A stretch of 38,849 bases of DNA, taken from the sequence record SRR22947725_567; one strand, written 5' to 3'. Below, piece by piece: positions 1-10,749 of this stretch (position 1 is the stretch's first letter; every line of letters begins with the position of its first letter). The notes beneath the pieces were generated by a model. The model made no database searches and was not told where the DNA came from. It saw only the letters and a program-made list of their open reading frames with translations. A program made the translations under genes and the position numbers.

Positions 1-158
1 ATATTTAATAATGTTGTTTTTCCACAACCTGAGGGACCAAGAACAGTAATAATTTGTCCTGCTTCAATGTCCAAAGATACGTCTTTGAGTGCTTGCACTG
101 AAGAACCATTCTTCAAATCAAACCGCATCGATATATTTTCAATTGATAAACCTTTCAA
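1..158 (-). CDS. tauB: Taurine/sulfonate-type ABC transporter ATP-binding subunit, 5' part only (runs off window)
   Basis: Not in the ORF track; manual translation from TTG at 158 gives [52 protein letters not shown] with Walker A. GGAG SD upstream; lies directly downstream of the binding-protein gene. Confidence 0.8.
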   Translation of the reverse strand, partial: MKGLSIENISMRFDLKNGSSVQALKDVSLDIEAGQIITVLGPSGCGKTTLLN

Positions 159-186
159 AGTTAGCTCCGAATTCTTTAAATCATTA

Positions 187-219
187 AAAAGGTGGCACAC
201 TAAAAGTGCGCCACCTTTT
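187..219 (-). terminator. Intercistronic hairpin (partial terminator / mRNA stabiliser) between binding-protein and ATPase genes
   Basis: Minus strand AAAAGGTGGCGCAC-TTTTA-GTGTGCCACCTTTT, ending in a U-run. Confidence 0.75.
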
Positions 220-272
220 GTATAACTAATACATCATTAATAGACTTTAATTAAGCCTAGTAACAAAGTACT

Positions 273-1268
273 TTATTGTGCTGCCAATCCTTCTAAACCA
301 TCAGTATTAATAGCATTAGCATATGAACCACGAGCACTTGGGATGTTTCCGCTATTAACGAATACGTCTGCTACACCTTTAAGGAAAGCCGCACCTGAAC
401 CACCAAGCCAGTTATCACCAAGTTGGTTAGCAACTGAAGGGAATACAAAAGTAGCCATTGTTTCTGCTGTAGCATCTTCGTCCATACCAGCATCCTTAGC
501 AATATGAGGTAGCATCAATGAAGTAAAACCTCCTGAGTTCCACATCGCGTTAGACGCTGCAGTAACACCTAAGAATGTTTGAAGAACTTCTGCATTTTCA
601 TCAGCAAATCCTGCTGGTACAGATGTAACGTCCCAAACTAAAATACCTAGTGCAGTTTTTTCAGCACCAGTTAGAAGTACATTACCATGATCTAGAGCAC
701 GACGAAGTGAACCACCCCATCCACAAAACATATCAATACTTCCTTGAGCTAAAGCAGCTGCACCCTCTGGTGGAGCCATATCAACTACTTGCATCGAATC
801 GACTGAAACATCAAAATGCTCCATTTGCTTTAAGAAACCATAGTGAGCAGCTGTTCCAATTGGAACTGACACTTTTTTACCAGCCAATTCTGAAGCATTG
901 CTTGCATCAATTTCTAAACCTGAAGCTACAACACAGTTGTCGTTGTCTGCATAACTTACTGCCACATCAACGATTTGAATGTCTTGGCCAGTTGAAGCTG
1001 CCACAATAAACGGAGGAACACCTTGACTCACAGAGATATGAATATCACCAGAAGCCATTGCAGCGGACATTGCTGTACCTGTTCCAAAAGCCTTCCAGTT
1101 AACTTTCATTCCTAATGCTTCATCATATGCACCAATTTGCTTTGCATACTCAAAAGGCATTGGCCACTCTTCAAAATAAGCAACATTTAACTCATCTAGA
1201 GCCATTACATTGACAGTAGCCATAGCACTGACAATTGTTGCTCCAAGTTTTTTATAAATACTTTTCAT
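273..1268 (-). CDS. tauA: Taurine-type ABC transporter periplasmic substrate-binding protein (TauA/SsuA family)
   Basis: Signal peptide; motifs VAYFEEWPMPF, FGTGTAMSAAMASGD, VPIGTAAHY; AGGAG SD; upstream of the ABC ATPase. Confidence 0.75.
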   Translation of the reverse strand: MKSIYKKLGATIVSAMATVNVMALDELNVAYFEEWPMPFEYAKQIGAYDEALGMKVNWKAFGTGTAMSAAMASGDIHISVSQGVPPFIVAASTGQDIQIVDVAVSYADNDNCVVASGLEIDASNASELAGKKVSVPIGTAAHYGFLKQMEHFDVSVDSMQVVDMAPPEGAAALAQGSIDMFCGWGGSLRRALDHGNVLLTGAEKTALGILVWDVTSVPAGFADENAEVLQTFLGVTAASNAMWNSGGFTSLMLPHIAKDAGMDEDATAETMATFVFPSVANQLGDNWLGGSGAAFLKGVADVFVNSGNIPSARGSYANAINTDGLEGLAAQ

Positions 1269-1565
1269 TATTTCTCCTAAATTAATATAAATATTATTGT
1301 ATCCTTTCTTTCATAAAAAAAATTTCACCAGGATATTAGTTAAACCTGTTAAAAAAATAGATAGATTTTTTATGGCCGAACTGAAATACTACCATGAAAA
1401 AAGATAAAATCAATCAATTTTTCAAGATCAGTTTAATTTATTTCAAGAGAGAATAAAAAAAGAACTATAGAGACAGCTTAAGATTTTTTAGTAGTCCATT
1501 TGAAAAAATTTATTTTTTCGCTTTGTATAAATTTACAAAAAAATACTCTATTCAAATAAAGCGAT

Positions 1566-1979
1566 TTAAGAAATCTCTAGTGATCTTAGCTCTGGAGCAA
1601 TTTTATCAAGTGACGAATTAACAAGCTTATATGAACCATCTGCACCATAAAGTTTAGATAATTCGACAGCTTCATTAATAACTACTTTGTAAGGCACATC
1701 TGGCTGGAACTTCAATTCATAAACACCTAAATATAAAATTGCCTTTTCTGTTGGGCCAAGTTCATCAATATCACGATCAAGTGATGGCTTAATAATTTCA
1801 TCAAGAATAGTTATATTTTTTGGAATATTTAATAATAAATTTGAGAAAAAAGCTTTTGAAATCTTGCCTTCTTTTTGATTTAAGAATTGCAACTCTATGT
1901 CATTAATATTATCTCCAGAAACCAACCACTGATATAAAGCTTGGACTACTCTCGCTCTTGAACGCTGCTTAGGAGTCAC
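1566..1979 (-). CDS. nusB: Transcription antitermination factor NusB
   Basis: [34 protein letters not shown] start overlapping the ribH stop. Confidence 0.97.
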   Translation of the reverse strand: MTPKQRSRARVVQALYQWLVSGDNINDIELQFLNQKEGKISKAFFSNLLLNIPKNITILDEIIKPSLDRDIDELGPTEKAILYLGVYELKFQPDVPYKVVINEAVELSKLYGADGSYKLVNSSLDKIAPELRSLEIS

Positions 1980-2434
1980 AGTTTTTCTAGTAAATTGATC
2001 ATTCTAATAATACTTTCTGCAGCCTCAGCGCCTTTATTTTCAGAAGTTCCAGAACGCTCTATAGCCTGCTCAACTGTGTCAACAGTGAGCACACCAAAAG
2101 CTATTGGAATTTCATTCTCTAGTGAAATTTTGGATATACCTCTTACGCACTCTCCGGCAACGAATTCAAAGTGAGGGGTCCCGCCCCTAATTACTGCACC
2201 TAAAGCGACGATGGCATCATATTTACCAGTACTTGAGGCTTTTTTAAGGGCAAGTGGGATTTCAAAAGCACCTGGAACATAAATAAGATCAATATCTGAT
2301 TCTTTAGTTCCACTCTTAAGTAAAGCCTCTTTGGCACCACTAATTAAATGCTCAACTATAAAAGAATTAAATCGACCTGCGACTAAAGCCACTTTCTTAT
2401 TGTTAATAGATAAATCACCCTCAATAGTCTTCAT
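1976..2434 (-). CDS. ribH: 6,7-dimethyl-8-ribityllumazine synthase
   Basis: [32 protein letters not shown] motifs. Confidence 0.97.
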   Translation of the reverse strand: MKTIEGDLSINNKKVALVAGRFNSFIVEHLISGAKEALLKSGTKESDIDLIYVPGAFEIPLALKKASSTGKYDAIVALGAVIRGGTPHFEFVAGECVRGISKISLENEIPIAFGVLTVDTVEQAIERSGTSENKGAEAAESIIRMINLLEKL

Positions 2435-3510
2435 TACTTCTCCTTAATATTTACGTACTCAGTTATTGTGATACCAAAACCCTCTAGACCTGGCCATTTT
2501 CTTGGCTTTCCTAGTGACTTCATATTCGTAACACCTAAGTCAGAAAGAATTTGCGCACCGATTCCAAAAGTTTTTCCATCATCATTACTTCTATAGTCCT
2601 GGTTATCTATATTTTCAAGGATAGCCTGATTATCTTGTTTACGTAAAAGTAAGAAGACACCATTTTCAACCTCTGAAATCATGTCTAATGCACTATTGAT
2701 ACTAAAACCTCGATTATTTTCTTGTAAGACATCTTTAAAGATATTTTCCATATGGACCCTGACATATGGCTCAGTTGTTTCATTAATTTTTCCCTTTACA
2801 AGAGCAATATGAATATCGTTATGGATTGTATCTAAATATGAAAAAAGTTCATATTGACCATACTTTGTTTTAAAAGGCCTTTGACTTATTCTTTCAACTG
2901 TTTTTTCATTTTCAACTCTGTAATGAATTAAATCAGCAATATGGCCTACCTTAATACCATGCTTTTTCCCAAACTTATACAAATCATCGCTTCTAGCCAT
3001 TGAGCCATCATCATTTAATATTTCCACAATCACTGATGAAGCTTCAAATCCCGCTAAACGAGCTAAGTCGCAGCCCGCCTCAGTGTGGCCAGCACGTATT
3101 AAAACACCACCTTGTTGGGCCATTAAAGGAAAAACATGGCCAGGCTGAACGATATCTATTGGCTTAGCATCTTTAGCAACAGCATCTAAAATTGTTTTAG
3201 CTCTATCTGCAGCTGAAATTCCTGTAGTGACACCTGATGCAGCCTCAATAGATACTGTAAAGTTTGTAGAATGAAGATCACTATTTTGAGACACCATTAA
3301 AGGCAAGTTTAGTTGTTGACAACGCTGCTGAGTCAAAGTAAGACAAATTAAACCTCGTCCATGCGTCGCCATGAAGTTAATATCTTCTTTTGTAACTTTT
3401 TCAGATGCAATTAATAAATCACCCTCATTTTCACGATTCTCATCGTCCATAAGAATTATCATTCTTCCTTGCTTATAATCTTCTATAAGTTCCTTTATTG
3501 AAGCATTCAT
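2434..3510 (-). CDS. ribB: DHBP synthase fused to a degenerate GTP cyclohydrolase II-like domain (RibBX type)
   Basis: [24 protein letters not shown] in the N-domain; the C-domain VRVH region lacks the Zn-binding cysteines. Confidence 0.92.
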   Translation of the reverse strand: MNASIKELIEDYKQGRMIILMDDENRENEGDLLIASEKVTKEDINFMATHGRGLICLTLTQQRCQQLNLPLMVSQNSDLHSTNFTVSIEAASGVTTGISAADRAKTILDAVAKDAKPIDIVQPGHVFPLMAQQGGVLIRAGHTEAGCDLARLAGFEASSVIVEILNDDGSMARSDDLYKFGKKHGIKVGHIADLIHYRVENEKTVERISQRPFKTKYGQYELFSYLDTIHNDIHIALVKGKINETTEPYVRVHMENIFKDVLQENNRGFSINSALDMISEVENGVFLLLRKQDNQAILENIDNQDYRSNDDGKTFGIGAQILSDLGVTNMKSLGKPRKWPGLEGFGITITEYVNIKEK

Positions 3511-3523
3511 AATTGTCTAATCT

Positions 3524-4117
3524 TTATCTGTAATTTTTAAGTTTTTCAACATATCTAGCAATTAGATCAATCTCTAAATTTACATTTGACTCAGTAGAAA
3601 GATCTCTTAGCGTAGTTACTGAAAAAGTATGGGGAACTATATTAACATCAAAAATATTATCCTTTACGCTATTGACAGTAAGGCTTACTCCATTGATACA
3701 TATTGAGCCTTTTTTAGCAATATATTTAATAATATCACCCTCAACCAAAATCTTAAAGCGAAAACTATCTCCATCTTTATTAATGGATTGAATTAAACCA
3801 ACTCCATCAATATGACCACTTACCAAGTGTCCATCAATCCCTTGATTCAGTCTAAGTGATTTTTCAAGATTAACATCATCACCTTGCGATAAATCTGAAA
3901 AAGTTGTGCAATTTATCGTTTCGTTTGAAACATCTGCAGAAAACCATTCACCTGAAATCTCGGTGACTGTTAAACATACCCCATTAACAGCAATACTATC
4001 TCCAATCTTAGAGTCACTTATATCAAGAGTATTTGAATTAATTTTCAAATTAGCGCCATTATCAGAAGAATGAAACTCTTGAATACTTCCTATAGCTTGA
4101 ATAATCCCTGTAAACAT
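3524..4117 (-). CDS. ribE: Riboflavin synthase (alpha chain; ribC in E. coli nomenclature)
   Basis: MFTGII start, GDSIAVNGVCLTV, GHLVSGHIDG, KGSICINGVSLTV. Confidence 0.97.
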   Translation of the reverse strand: MFTGIIQAIGSIQEFHSSDNGANLKINSNTLDISDSKIGDSIAVNGVCLTVTEISGEWFSADVSNETINCTTFSDLSQGDDVNLEKSLRLNQGIDGHLVSGHIDGVGLIQSINKDGDSFRFKILVEGDIIKYIAKKGSICINGVSLTVNSVKDNIFDVNIVPHTFSVTTLRDLSTESNVNLEIDLIARYVEKLKNYR

Positions 4118-4235
4118 TTGACAAATATTTTTATAAGTTTGAGTATATTTATATTTAATATATTTCTAATAACTATTTAACCATCAATTAATAGATACAG
4201 TAATTAATAGATTTCTATGCACGCATTAATTTAAT

Positions 4236-5822
4236 TCACACCTGAGTCAACAAGTAATCTTCATAATTTCCTGAATAGTAGTGGGCTCCATCATCTTTAA
4301 GCTCGATTACTTTAGTTGATAAAGAAGAAACAAACTCCCTGTCATGACTGACAAATACTAGAGTACCTTTGTAATTGTCCAATGCCAGATTTAGGGCCTC
4401 AATAGATTCCATATCCAAGTGGTTTGTTGGCTCATCCATTAACAATATATTTGGCTTTTGCAACATAAGTCTTCCAAAAATCATTCTTCCTTTTTCACCG
4501 CCTGACAAAGATTTGACAGATTTTTTTACATCTTCCTTTCCAAAAAGCATTTTTCCAAGGACAGATCGCATAACTTGAATATCATCTTTTTCGTTTTTAA
4601 ATTGTGTCATCCAATCTAAAACATTCATATCCTTCTCAAATTCTTCATTATGGTCTTGAGCATAATATCCAATATTTGAATTTTCACTCCATTTTGTAAT
4701 TCCACCATCGGGCTCAATTTCACCAAATATGGTTTTAAGCAAAGTGCTCTTTCCAATACCATTTTGTCCAATAATTGCAACCCGTTCACCAGTTTCAATC
4801 ATGATATTAATATCTTTTAAAACTTGCTCATCATCAAAGCTTTTATTCAAACCCTGGACTTCTAGTACATTTCTAAATAATTCTTTGTTTTGATTAAAAA
4901 TAATATATGGACTAACTCTTGAAGAAGGCTTAATGTCATCTAATTCAATCTTATTTAGCTGTTTAAGACGAGATGTCGCCTGCTTCGATTTAGAAGCATT
5001 TGCAGAAAATCGCGATACAAAATGTTTTAAATCTTTAATTTTTTCTTCCTTTTTAGCATTATCGGAGCGCATCCTTTCTTGAATTGCAGTTGCGGCAACC
5101 ATAAAATCATCATAACTTCCTGGGAAGACATTTAGTGCACCATAATCTAGATCAGCCATATGAGTACAGACGCCGTTTAAAAAATGACGATCATGTGAAA
5201 TAATAACCATAGTTGATTTTCTTGCACTTAAAACCCCTTCAAGCCATCTGATAGAGTTTATGTCAAGGTTATTGGTAGGCTCATCTAATAAAAGAATTTC
5301 TGGATCTGAAAACAGAGCTTGCGCTAAAAGAACTCGAAGCTTCCAGCCAGGAGCAATTTCACTCATTAGCCCATAGTGTTGATCTAAAGGTATATCAAGG
5401 CCTAGAAGTAACTCACTAGCTGATGATTCTGCTGAATAACCATCCATTTCAGCAAATTCCATTTCTAATTCAGCCACCTTTATTCCATCTTCCTCACTCA
5501 TTTCAGGAAGACCATATATCCTGTCTCTTTCCTCTTTTATCTTCCATAGCTCTTTGTGACCCATGATTACCGTATCTACAACTCGATACTTCTCAAAAGC
5601 AAACTGATCCTGCGATAAGACACCAAGTCTTTGGCCTTCTCCAACCAAAACAGAGCCATGAGTGGGCTTTAATTCTCCAGTCAATATTTTCATTAAGGTT
5701 GATTTTCCACAACCATTTGCACCAATCAAGCCGTATCTATTACCAGCTTGAAATTTGACTGAAATATTCTCAAATAAAGGCTTTTCACCAAATTGCATGG
5801 TGACGTTAGCAGTAGAAATCAT
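4236..5822 (-). CDS. ybiT: ABC-F family ATPase (YbiT-like translation factor)
   Basis: Two ABC domains ([38 protein letters not shown]) with a [15 protein letters not shown] linker and no TM segments. Confidence 0.88.
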   Translation of the reverse strand: MISTANVTMQFGEKPLFENISVKFQAGNRYGLIGANGCGKSTLMKILTGELKPTHGSVLVGEGQRLGVLSQDQFAFEKYRVVDTVIMGHKELWKIKEERDRIYGLPEMSEEDGIKVAELEMEFAEMDGYSAESSASELLLGLDIPLDQHYGLMSEIAPGWKLRVLLAQALFSDPEILLLDEPTNNLDINSIRWLEGVLSARKSTMVIISHDRHFLNGVCTHMADLDYGALNVFPGSYDDFMVAATAIQERMRSDNAKKEEKIKDLKHFVSRFSANASKSKQATSRLKQLNKIELDDIKPSSRVSPYIIFNQNKELFRNVLEVQGLNKSFDDEQVLKDINIMIETGERVAIIGQNGIGKSTLLKTIFGEIEPDGGITKWSENSNIGYYAQDHNEEFEKDMNVLDWMTQFKNEKDDIQVMRSVLGKMLFGKEDVKKSVKSLSGGEKGRMIFGRLMLQKPNILLMDEPTNHLDMESIEALNLALDNYKGTLVFVSHDREFVSSLSTKVIELKDDGAHYYSGNYEDYLLTQV

Positions 5823-5947
5823 TATTTAAATAAAATTTATAAAAAAGACAAGATTATCCCATATAGACTCCTTAATAGCTCAACTATTAAACACATGGGT
5901 ATCTAGTAGAACTTTTTTATAAATATAAGTATAAAATATATTTGATT

Positions 5948-7105
5948 ATGAAATTTAATCCAAACATGCGAACAAGGCAAATGCCGGATAAGACATTGTT
6001 GTTAACAATTATGTCTCTATTAGTTTTTGGATGGATTATGGTTTTTTCAGCCTCCTTATCTGCCCATTCAAGCTATCTCTACTTTATTAAACAAACCATA
6101 TTCATATGTATGGGATTGAGCGCTGGATTAATAATGTTAAATACACCCATTTCAGTTCTTCAAAAATATTCAATTCCATTGTTTTTATTAACTCTAGTTC
6201 TTCTATGTATTGTTTTTACCCCAGTTGGTCATGAAGCAAAAGGCTCTACTCGTTGGATTAATTTTGTTTTATTTAAATTTCAGCCGTCAGAATTAATGAA
6301 ATTATCAATGGTTTTATTCATGGCTGGTTTTCTTGTCCGTCAAGAAAAAGACCTTAGAAAGCCCTGGATGGGCTTTTTAAAAACAATTGCCATAATTGGT
6401 ATAACAGGATTCTTAATATTACTAGAGACCGATATTGGAGCTACCCTAATAATATCATTAACCGCAATGGCGATGCTATACGCTGCTGGTTCATATATAA
6501 AACAACTCACAATAGTGACATCGGGGCTTTTTGCACTGGTTGCAATTATAGTAATGATAATTCCAAATCGATTCGAAAGGTTTATTTCTTTTTGGGCTGA
6601 AGATTTTTGGTTAAGTGATAATTCTAAACTTGACCAAACTAAAGCCGCCTTAATTGGAATTGCCAGAGGTGACTTATTTGGAGTCGGAATAGGTGCAGGT
6701 ATTCAAAAATTTACTAATAGAGGATCTACAAACTCACTTCCTGAGAGGCACACAGATATGATTTTTGCTGTAATAGGAGAGGAATTAGGCTTTATAGGAA
6801 TGATGTTTGTTTTACTATCCTTTCTTTTTATTCTCTTAAAAGGTTTCTCTATTGCTAAAGTTGCTCTTCAAAAAGGGCGTCAATATAGCTCTTATGTTGT
6901 TTTTGGAATCTGCACATGGTTTTCTATGCAAATAACAGTAAATATTGCAATGAATCTTGGCCTCATACCTCCTAAAGGTTTTACATTGCCGCTATTAAGT
7001 TATGGTGGCACTTCTATGATTTTTGCAATTATTTCTTTGGCAATTATTTTGCGAGTTGATATGGAAAATAGAACAAAGTATTCAAAACAGCAAAATTATG
7101 TCTAA
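5948..7105 (+). CDS. ftsW: SEDS peptidoglycan glycosyltransferase FtsW
   Basis: Multi-TM; RWI, FQPSELMK, HTDMIFAVIGEELG, TLPLLSYGGTS; overlaps the murG start. Exact start uncertain (5942/5948/5966). Confidence 0.93.
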   Translation: MKFNPNMRTRQMPDKTLLLTIMSLLVFGWIMVFSASLSAHSSYLYFIKQTIFICMGLSAGLIMLNTPISVLQKYSIPLFLLTLVLLCIVFTPVGHEAKGSTRWINFVLFKFQPSELMKLSMVLFMAGFLVRQEKDLRKPWMGFLKTIAIIGITGFLILLETDIGATLIISLTAMAMLYAAGSYIKQLTIVTSGLFALVAIIVMIIPNRFERFISFWAEDFWLSDNSKLDQTKAALIGIARGDLFGVGIGAGIQKFTNRGSTNSLPERHTDMIFAVIGEELGFIGMMFVLLSFLFILLKGFSIAKVALQKGRQYSSYVVFGICTWFSMQITVNIAMNLGLIPPKGFTLPLLSYGGTSMIFAIISLAIILRVDMENRTKYSKQQNYV

Positions 7106-8123
7106 AAAAATTCTCATTATGGCCGGTGGTACCGGTGGTCATATTTTTCCTGCACTAGCTATTGCAAAAGAGCTTAAAGAAAGAGGTGAAGCTGTAGAAT
7201 GGCTTGGTGGTAAGAATAAAATGGAAAGTAGACTAGTTCCTGAGCACGGCTATAAATTTCATGGTGTCTCCAGTAGTGGACTTAGAGGTAAAAATTTACT
7301 AACTATTCTAAAAGCTGTTTTTCTTCTAAGCTATGGGTTTTTGCAAACTATTGTTGTCTTTTTTAAGTATAGGCCAAACATTGTCATCGGAATGGGTGGA
7401 TATGCCTCAGGAATTGGTGGTTTAATTTCTAAATTTTTTTTTGTGCCTTTATTTATTCATGAACAAAACTCTGTTCCTGGAACAACAAATAGACTTCTGA
7501 GCAGGCTTGCTTGCAAATGCTTTCAAGCATTTGAAGATACTTTTCCTGAGAATGTAGAGGCAATTACTACAGGAAATCCAATACTGTTTAACCCAATCCC
7601 TAAAAGTAAGCCTGAATCAGTTAAAAACTTACTCGTTCTGGGTGGCTCTTTGGGTGCCAAAAAAATTAATCAAACCATCCCTCAGATTAAATCACGTGTA
7701 AACATTTGGCATCAAACCGGAGAAAGTCATATTGAAGAAGTAAGAGCCTTATATAAAAACTCACTTCATTCTGGTGCAAAAATTGAGCCATTTATAGGAA
7801 ATATGGCAGAAGCTTACGCTTGGGCCGACCTAGTAATTTCTAGAGCTGGTGCCATGACAATCTCTGAATTGATAGCGTCAAACTCGTTAGCTATACTCAT
7901 TCCTTTTCCCTATGCCATAGACAATCATCAGAAAGTTAACGCTGAGATTCTCTCTAAAAATAAGGCTGGTATTCTTTTAGAAGAAGAAAATCTTAATCCC
8001 GAAGCAATCGACAGAAAAATAGAGGCTCTCAGTAAAGACAAGCTTTATGAGATGGCTAAAAAATTAGAATCACTTAAAGTGTCAGCTCCTGAGCAACAGA
8101 TTGCTGATCAACTTCTCCATTGA
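7098..8123 (+). CDS. murG: Lipid II GlcNAc transferase MurG
   Basis: [32 protein letters not shown]. True start taken as ATG 7098 (MSKKIL). Confidence 0.97.
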   Translation: MSKKILIMAGGTGGHIFPALAIAKELKERGEAVEWLGGKNKMESRLVPEHGYKFHGVSSSGLRGKNLLTILKAVFLLSYGFLQTIVVFFKYRPNIVIGMGGYASGIGGLISKFFFVPLFIHEQNSVPGTTNRLLSRLACKCFQAFEDTFPENVEAITTGNPILFNPIPKSKPESVKNLLVLGGSLGAKKINQTIPQIKSRVNIWHQTGESHIEEVRALYKNSLHSGAKIEPFIGNMAEAYAWADLVISRAGAMTISELIASNSLAILIPFPYAIDNHQKVNAEILSKNKAGILLEEENLNPEAIDRKIEALSKDKLYEMAKKLESLKVSAPEQQIADQLLH

Positions 8124-9054
8124 TACCAAGACGACTAAAAAGAAGCTTGTCATTTGCGACCGTTGGATTATCTGTTGTTAATAACTGCTCACCATAGAAG
8201 ATTGAGTTTGCGCCAGCAAAAAAACATAACGCCTGCATCCCCTCTCCCATATCGAGCCTTCCAGCTGAAAGCCTAACAACTGACTTAGGCATTAAAATTC
8301 TCGCTACAGCAATTGTTCGAACAAATTCACTTTCACTGGGCGGCTTTACATTTTCAAATGGAGTTCCTGGAATAGGAACAAGAAGATTTATTGGGACACT
8401 ATCCGGATGTTCTTCAAGATTAGCTAGAGATTGAAGCATAGAAGCCCGATCAGTTTCTGTTTCTCCCATTCCTAGAATTCCACCGCTACAAACGCTGATA
8501 TTGGCATCTTTAACCGCAGCTAGAGTGTCCAATCTATCTTGAAAAGTTCTAGTCGTAATAACATTAGGGTAGTTTTCTTTTGATGTGTCAATGTTATGAT
8601 TATAGTAATCAAGACCTGCCTCTTTTAGAGTGGAGGCTTGTTTTGGAGAAAGCATACCTAAGGTAACACATGTCTCCATTCCCATAGCCTTCACACCTTG
8701 AATCATTGGTATGACTTTATCAAGACTTTTGTCTGTTGGGTTTCTCCAGGCAGCACCCATACAGAATCTTGTCGCCCCCTTATTCTTTGCATTTTGAGCT
8801 TGCTGTAATACCTCATCAATTTCCATTAATTTTTCACGCTCAAGGCCTGTGTCATATTTTGAGCTTTGGGAGCAATAAGAACAGTCTTCGGGGCATGCGC
8901 CTGTTTTAATATTAAGTAGAGAGCTCACTTGAACCAGATTTGGATCAAAATTCTCTCTATGTATTGAATGTGCTTTAAAAAGAAGATCATTAAAAGGAAG
9001 TTCAAATAGGGCTTTAATTTCGTCCAATTTCCAATCATTTCTTGCTTTAATCAT
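8074..9054 (-). CDS. bioB: Biotin synthase
   Basis: Radical [33 protein letters not shown]. Confidence 0.97.
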   Translation of the reverse strand: MIKARNDWKLDEIKALFELPFNDLLFKAHSIHRENFDPNLVQVSSLLNIKTGACPEDCSYCSQSSKYDTGLEREKLMEIDEVLQQAQNAKNKGATRFCMGAAWRNPTDKSLDKVIPMIQGVKAMGMETCVTLGMLSPKQASTLKEAGLDYYNHNIDTSKENYPNVITTRTFQDRLDTLAAVKDANISVCSGGILGMGETETDRASMLQSLANLEEHPDSVPINLLVPIPGTPFENVKPPSESEFVRTIAVARILMPKSVVRLSAGRLDMGEGMQALCFFAGANSIFYGEQLLTTDNPTVANDKLLFSRLGINGEVDQQSVAQELTL

Positions 9055-9116
9055 TTTATGTTTATATTAATTTTGAATAATTTAAATTTTACCGGATACC
9101 AACCAGCTTTTTAGAC

Positions 9117-9149
9117 AATAAAAAAGCCGCAAGGAGCGGCTTTTTTATT
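9117..9149. terminator. Rho-independent terminator of glnA (symmetric, potentially bidirectional)
   Basis: AATAAAAAAGCCGC-AAGGA-GCGGCTTTTTTATT perfect inverted repeat. Confidence 0.92.
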
Positions 9150-9166
9150 TCAAGATATTGATCTAA

Positions 9167-10573
9167 TTAACAGCTGTAATATAAATCAAATTCAAGTGGC
9201 TGAGGAGATGCTCTCATAGCAGTCACCTCTTCCATTTTAAGATTAATAAATGAATCAATAACCTCATCAGTAAATACACCGCCCTGCTTAAGGAATTCAC
9301 GATCATTATCAAGCTCTTCCAAAGCGATATGAAGCATTGAACTTACTTTTGGTATCGAAGCATCATACTCTTCATATAAATCTTGGTCAGCTGGCTCACC
9401 AGGATGAATCTTATTCTTGATACCATCAAGGCCTGCCATCAATAAAGCCGCAAAAGCAAGATATGGATTTGCTGTTGAGTCTGGGAAGCGAACCTCGATA
9501 CGTCGTCCTTTAGGATTTGTAACAAATGGAATTCTTATTGCTGCTGAACGGTTCTTAGCAGAATAAGCAAGCATTTCTGGCGCTTCAAACCCTGGAACTA
9601 AACGTTTATATGAGTTAGTTGATGGGTTTGTAAAAGCATTCAATGCTCTTGCATGCTTGATAATACCACCAATATAATAAAGAGCGGTTTCACTTAAGTT
9701 TCCATATCCATCTCCATCAAATAAATTCTTACCATCTTTCGCAATCGACATGTGAACGTGCATACCATTACCATTATCAACTGCAATTGGTTTTGGCATA
9801 AACGTTGCAGTCTTACCGTAAAGGTGAGCAACGTTGTGTACACAATATTTAAGAATTTGTGTTTCATCAGCTTTTTTAACCAATGTATTAAATAATGCAC
9901 CTATTTCACATTGACCAGCTGTACCAACTTCATGGTGATGAACTTCTGTTGTGACACCCATTTCTTCAATTGCTAAACACATTTGAGAACGAAGGTCATG
10001 CAATGAATCAACCGGTGGAACTGGAAAATAACCCCCTTTTACTCTAGGACGGTGACCTTTGTTACCTCCTTCTAAATCAATCTTTGAAGACCAAGCTGCT
10101 TCTTCCGAACTGATCTCATAGAAAGCTGTACCCATTCCAAAACCTGTATCCCATTTGACACTGTCAAAAACAAAAAACTCTGGCTCATTACCAAAATAAG
10201 CTGTATCACCAACGCCTGAATCTTTTAAATAAGCTTCGGCTCTATGAGCTATTGAACGAGGATCTTTAACATAACCCTTCATGTCTGAAGGTTCAATAAT
10301 ATTGCATCGAATGTTAAGTGTCACCTCTTCAGTGAAAGGGTCAATAATTGCTGTATCACAATCTGGCATTAAAATCATGTCAGACTCGTTAATATCTTTC
10401 CAGCCTGAAATTGAAGAGCCGTCAAACATTTGACCTTCTCCAAGTTTTTCAGCATCAATTGTATGTGCAGGAACACTTACATGTTGTTCCTTACCTTTTG
10501 TATCTGTGAAACGAAAATCTATAAACTTAACATTCTGTTCTTCGATTGTCTTCATTACATCTTTTGCAGACAT
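9167..10573 (-). CDS. glnA: Glutamine synthetase type I
   Basis: [39 protein letters not shown]; adenylylation-site Tyr retained (DLYE); GGGAG SD. Confidence 0.99.
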   Translation of the reverse strand: MSAKDVMKTIEEQNVKFIDFRFTDTKGKEQHVSVPAHTIDAEKLGEGQMFDGSSISGWKDINESDMILMPDCDTAIIDPFTEEVTLNIRCNIIEPSDMKGYVKDPRSIAHRAEAYLKDSGVGDTAYFGNEPEFFVFDSVKWDTGFGMGTAFYEISSEEAAWSSKIDLEGGNKGHRPRVKGGYFPVPPVDSLHDLRSQMCLAIEEMGVTTEVHHHEVGTAGQCEIGALFNTLVKKADETQILKYCVHNVAHLYGKTATFMPKPIAVDNGNGMHVHMSIAKDGKNLFDGDGYGNLSETALYYIGGIIKHARALNAFTNPSTNSYKRLVPGFEAPEMLAYSAKNRSAAIRIPFVTNPKGRRIEVRFPDSTANPYLAFAALLMAGLDGIKNKIHPGEPADQDLYEEYDASIPKVSSMLHIALEELDNDREFLKQGGVFTDEVIDSFINLKMEEVTAMRASPQPLEFDLYYSC

Positions 10574-10602
10574 AGCTATACTCCCTATAAAATAGTAAAT
10601 TT

Positions 10603-10695
10603 AAAAAATGACAGGCATTGTCAGAAGTCTGCGTCGTTGCAAACGGATGTTGACTTACTTGAAATCAACATAAGATGTTTCAAGCGTGGATTATA
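10603..10695 (-). promoter_or_regulatory. glnA promoter -10 and structured 5' leader with uORF and terminator-like hairpin (candidate attenuator)
   Basis: TATAAT at 10695-10690; uORF 10683/10671-10621; TGACA-ATGCC-TGTCA-TTTTTT at 10623-10603. Confidence 0.5.
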
Positions 10696-10749
10696 TCCTA
10701 GTTTTTAAAACTTTAAAATAGAAATTAATTCAAGTCTAGATGACCTGTA

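Noticed and set aside
4118..4235. FMN riboswitch upstream of ribE
   Set aside because: Spacer is short and extremely AT-rich, with none of the conserved RFN motifs.
9055..9116. BirA operator upstream of bioB
   Set aside because: No TGTAAACC-N-GGTTTACA-like dyad visible.
10600..10700. Canonical glutamine (glnA-motif) riboswitch
   Set aside because: AAGUAAG and GCAACG occur, but I could not build the expected P1/E-loop three-way junction. Kept only as an unassigned leader pending cmscan.
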